A stretch of DNA of 64,000 nucleotides from NCBI GenBank assembly GCA_964019335.1, contig OZ025697.1:124001-188000 (forward strand), given 5' to 3'. Origin of the DNA: Diplonema japonicum (Eukaryota > Protista > Euglenozoa: Diplonemea). The translations under genes and the position numbers were made by a program. Below are positions 60,343 through 64,000 of the stretch, piece after piece. The stretch's first letter is position 1. Every line of letters starts with the position of its first letter. The notes beneath the pieces are model-generated. The model did not search any database and was not told the origin of the DNA. It worked only from the letters and a program-made list of their open reading frames with translations.

Positions 60343-62282
60343 TTACAGATCTCTTGAGTCCACAACACCATCAAGGACGTATGTCGAGCCCCTTGTGCGT
60401 TGCATATCGGTGGCAACACCTTCCCATTCCTTGACGAACGAGGCCCAGAACCTCCCATCCGGGCTGCCCTGTTGGGGTGACTGGTTATATTGTCCGTACT
60501 GTGGCGACGGAAGCCTGTTTTTAAGATATCTGTCGACCGCAGGGGTGTGGCGGTGAGATGCTTGGCGGCTGTGGGTTCCATGGCGACGCTGAGGGGAGGC
60601 CTGGTGGCAAGTGGGACACGTTGGTGGGGACTGCAACTTTGGTTTCGGCTGCTGGCACTCCCCGCACAACGGAGACTTCGGCTGTGAAAGAAACGGGGGT
60701 GTTCTCGTCTGGTTGCCTTGGATGGAAACCTCCCGCAAATGAATAATCTCATTGGGATCGACCCATTGTGTACTGACAGACACAGCGTTTGCAGGCGGTT
60801 GAGCAGGGAGTGGGATCATTGGTGATGCGTTCATCATAGGGGTTGTGTTAGGGCTGCGCCTTCGTTCCGGCCCGACCTGCTCTGAGTTCTGGGAAATTTC
60901 CAACCATCTTTTTTTGTGGTGGGCCTCACGCTCTTCTTGGGTTAGGTTTTGGTCGCGTTCCCACTCGGCGCAGACTCTGTTCCACTCTTCTCGGGATGCG
61001 AGGATTTGCTTTTCAGGCTCGCGGTCTGATGCCACACGAAGCACTCTGTCCGCCGATGGTGTGTTCTGCCCCAGCTTCGCATCCAAGCTCGCCCAAAACC
61101 CCTTCGAAGCGTGAAACGTCCTTTTCTTCCCATCATTGCTGTACACCGTCACCGTGTGCGGGTTCATCTTCTCCCACCCGTCGATAAACGCGCCCATGAA
61201 ACCTTGGTTCACCTTCACAATCGTGTCCGGGTCATGGGACGCGCGTGTGACATAATGGGGTGAAGCGATGGCCTTGGGCCCACCGAGGCGAACCTGCTGT
61301 TGAAAGTTCGCCCAGAAATTGCGGTCAGCAGGGAATGACGCACCGGTGAACTTCCCCCTGAAAAGTGTTTTATTATTATTATTATTTTTTTTTTTTCCCC
61401 CAGTTCTTCCACCATACTCAACATGTTCTTGCAACTCTTGCTTGAAAAGCGCGCATGCTTTGTTGTCGTGAGAAGGCTCGAAGAAGGGCATCGGAGGGAT
61501 AGCTGTTTCCGTTTCAGCAACACTGCGTGCAGTACTGGAGTACGCCACAGGGATAGATGCATCCACAGCAGCGGGAGCAGGAGTGGGCACAGGGGCTTGA
61601 TCGCCGCCGTTATCGTTTCCCTTAGCCAGCTCTTGAGGGTTGGGGACAGCTGTGGACGGCAACTGCGGAGCGCTTGCAGCCACAGGGGCCGTCGGCGAAG
61701 GCGACTGAGCGTCACCCGGCATCACACCAATTTTGTACACAAGACAGTTCTGTTTCTTCGCCTCGACGATTATAGGGGTCACCTGGTTGTAGTCCCCCAC
61801 TACTGTGTTGTTCACCGTTTTGAGGATACTACCTATAGGTATACCACTTTTCTTTTAAAAAAAATTTTTTTTTTTTTTTTTCGTATTCATACTTGGCTTG
61901 GTCCACTGCACCCTACAATGACGACATTCCCACCTTTTGCTTGGTACTGCAGGCCCAGGGATTCTGAGACGTTTTGCGCGGTTATTGTGTAGATCTTCAA
62001 GCATCTTTCGTATGTTATCGGGAACTCTGTCCCGCCTTGTTCTTTGATGGACCCCACGATTTTTCCCAGTTGTGGTCCGTTTGTTACCGGTGAATCACCT
62101 ATTTTCTTTATGATGAATGGGCAAATGGGTCTTAGAGACAGAGCTGCTTCGTCATCAAGGACGCCTGTAACGACGGTGCCTTTGAAGTTCATGCCGAGTT
62201 TTCTTTCCGGGCTTGCGATCTTGAGGGTGTATGTCTCGAGCTTCCCACAGCCGGTGAACGGTCCCTCATCGTCCTGCGTCAT
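60343..62282 (-). CDS. Tandem PDZ-like domain protein with a Pro/Gln-rich C-terminus
   Basis: KLGMNFKGTVVTGV and SLGLQY...VVIVG..GPSQ|KSGIPIGSILKTVNN. Introns 61852-61892 and 61358-61417. Confidence 0.7.
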
Positions 62283-62765
62283 CTTTCTCCCCCCAACCTT
62301 TTTATTTTGTTTTATCTAAAACAGCATTATAAAATAATACTTTATTTTTTTATAAAAAATAAAAAAGCTTTCTTTTGAATCGATCGATGGGACGTTATTA
62401 ACCCCTCTTGGAGGGTTAAGGCGTCGTTTTTTTTTTTTTTTTTTTTTCTTCTTTTTTTTTTTAAACGTTGGAGGGGGGAAGGGGGGGACAACAACAGAGT
62501 TTGAGAATGTGAAGGAAAATATGCCTTTTTTTTTAATTTTCTCTTCCGGAGCTAGTTTTTTTTTCCCCCTTTTTTTCCCCCTGTTGTTGTTTTTTTTTTT
62601 TTCCTCCATTTTTTTTTCTTTTTTTTGGAGTACTTCCTCGGTATTCGTAAGAGGTAGGATTCGGAGAAAGGAAAGGAAAAGGAACTTTTTGCCCCCCCCC
62701 CCCAACCACTCCCAATTTGCACGGGAGCTTTTTAGCAAAGTCATCTTTGAAAAGAAAAGGGGGAA

Positions 62766-62826
62766 TTTTTTTTTTTTTGATAAATTTCGGTGTGCAGGTG
62801 GGTGCTCACCGTTCAGGGAGAAATTC
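62766..62826 (-). mobile_element. Extreme 5'-truncated retroelement insertion (3' UTR + A13 tail only)
   Basis: 62776-62826 is 50/51 identical to 31186-31236. The T13 run at 62766-62778 is a poly(A) tail on the minus strand. Confidence 0.85.
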
Positions 62827-63118
62827 GAGGGAAAAAAAAAAAAAAAAAAAAAAAAAGAGAGAGAAAACAACGCTTTTCAACGGAGAGGGAGAGAACAGTT
62901 GTCAAAACCTCAAGAACGCCACACAAAATTTATCATCTTCCTTGACGAAAGAACGCGCAAAGATTACAAAAGATGGGAAAAGAGAAGCATTCGCCTGGAC
63001 CTACTTAATTCAGTGAGGCAGGGATGAAACCCCCTCGGCTTCTATGGTTTAGTGAACCATTTCATGAAGGAATACGAGAAGACGAGTCTGCAGATATCAC
63101 ATAGCACCACAAGTGAAA

Positions 63119-63987
63119 ATGGGAGAAATACTGAGAGAAGGAACGGACAAGAAAACAAAGTGGTTTCTTTTTTTTTTTTTTTTTTTTTTTTTTTCACTCC
63201 ATGAAGGAGGACGAGTTCGGTACACTGTGACGGGCACCAACGAGAAGAAATTCTGAAGAAAATTCGTAATCACAAAAAAAAAAGGAGAAAAAAAAAAACT
63301 AGAAATAAAAGGAGGCTGGTGTGTTGGTGGCACTACTCTGATACAGGGGGCGCACCTCTGCCTAGCTACATCTTCTTCTGCAAAAAAAAGATTAAAACTG
63401 GACTTATAAAACTTGCAAAGCCATGGGAGAAATATAGGAGAAGGAAATAGGAAAAGCAACATTACTAAGAAATATAAAAAAAAAACCGTAAAAAAAAAAA
63501 AAAAAAAAAAGAAGAAAACCCATCATTCTGAACAACAAAAACAGCAGTATGGGAGAAATGAGAGAACAAAAAAAAGGGGAACTGGTCCCGCTTTTGAATT
63601 CACGCGCTGCAGCTTGAAAACCTGTAGGAGTCGTGAGTAGGAAAAAAATAATAAAAGATATTTATAGTAAAAGTGACCACTTCGAACTAATATAATAAGA
63701 GAATGAGAAGGTGTTGCTGTTTGTTGATAGAAACGAATTAGTCTACGTATGGGAGAAAAAAAACAAAACAAATAAAAAGAACTTTGGTTTACCCGGCCCA
63801 AGTACATACAAGGGCTGCTACACATGGGAGAATGAACAAATAAAGAAGAAGACAAAAGCAGAGTTTCTTGTGAAGAAGTGTGTGTACCCACACACATGGG
63901 AGAACTAACCCGAAAAAAAAAAGGAGAATAAAAAAAAAACACAAATTATTTGGAGTGAGCAGCAGTGATTCAATACACATGAGAGAA
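63119..63987. repeat. Dispersed ATGGGAGAA motif cluster
   Basis: Exact copies at 63119, 63423, 63549, 63749, 63824 and 63896, with variant ATGAGAGAA at 63979. Confidence 0.6.
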
Positions 63988-64000
63988 ATCAGGAAAAAAG

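Noticed and set aside
62870-63030. IIFLDE motif as a Tc1/IS630 transposase remnant
   Set aside because: Only a 6-residue match with no other DDE motifs or TIRs.
2592-63980. Many poly-K/F/P/G ORFs in spacers
   Set aside because: They are translations of homopolymer runs, which lack stop codons.
1-64000. Alternative genetic code (stop reassignment)
   Set aside because: No in-frame stops remain in the spliced models, and TAA, TAG and TGA all serve as terminators.
1-64000. tRNA, rRNA or spliced-leader RNA genes
   Set aside because: No recognisable signatures by eye. A covariance-model scan is needed to exclude small RNAs.

Overview
Eukaryotic (protist) genomic DNA. I find 20 host protein-coding genes, all on the minus strand and mostly 70-300 bp apart. 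This head-to-tail layout suggests a polycistronic, trans-spliced unit of the euglenozoan type; a diplonemid-like organism is my inference, not proven. The genes carry about 49 short GT-AG introns (mostly 32-70 nt, donor usually GTATG) that I resolved by restoring reading frame. Many introns end in an A-run + AG instead of a polypyrimidine tract. Non-coding DNA is dominated by homopolymer runs of all four bases, while exons are clean. Genes: SOS1/SLC9C-like Na+/H+ exchanger, eIF3h, mucin/beta-propeller membrane protein, coiled-coil protein, ~2260-aa Cys-rich receptor with a cytoplasmic Tudor-like domain, JMJD5-like, Rab3GAP1, Sfi1-like, STE11/MEKK-like kinase, PKD2-like channel, a small hypothetical, TPR-SET, VPVE-repeat (epiplastin-like), VMP1, a pair of 2H phosphoesterases (one lacking catalytic His), CyaB-like GAF-GAF-PAS adenylyl cyclase, Hsp70/Hsp110-TPR fusion, degenerate ART + SAM protein, and a PDZ protein. 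Mobile DNA: three 5'-truncated copies of a non-LTR retroelement and two copies of a hairpin-rich non-autonomous element. A repeated ATGGGAGAA motif lies at the right end. No rRNA, tRNA, SL-RNA or CRISPR array was recognised.
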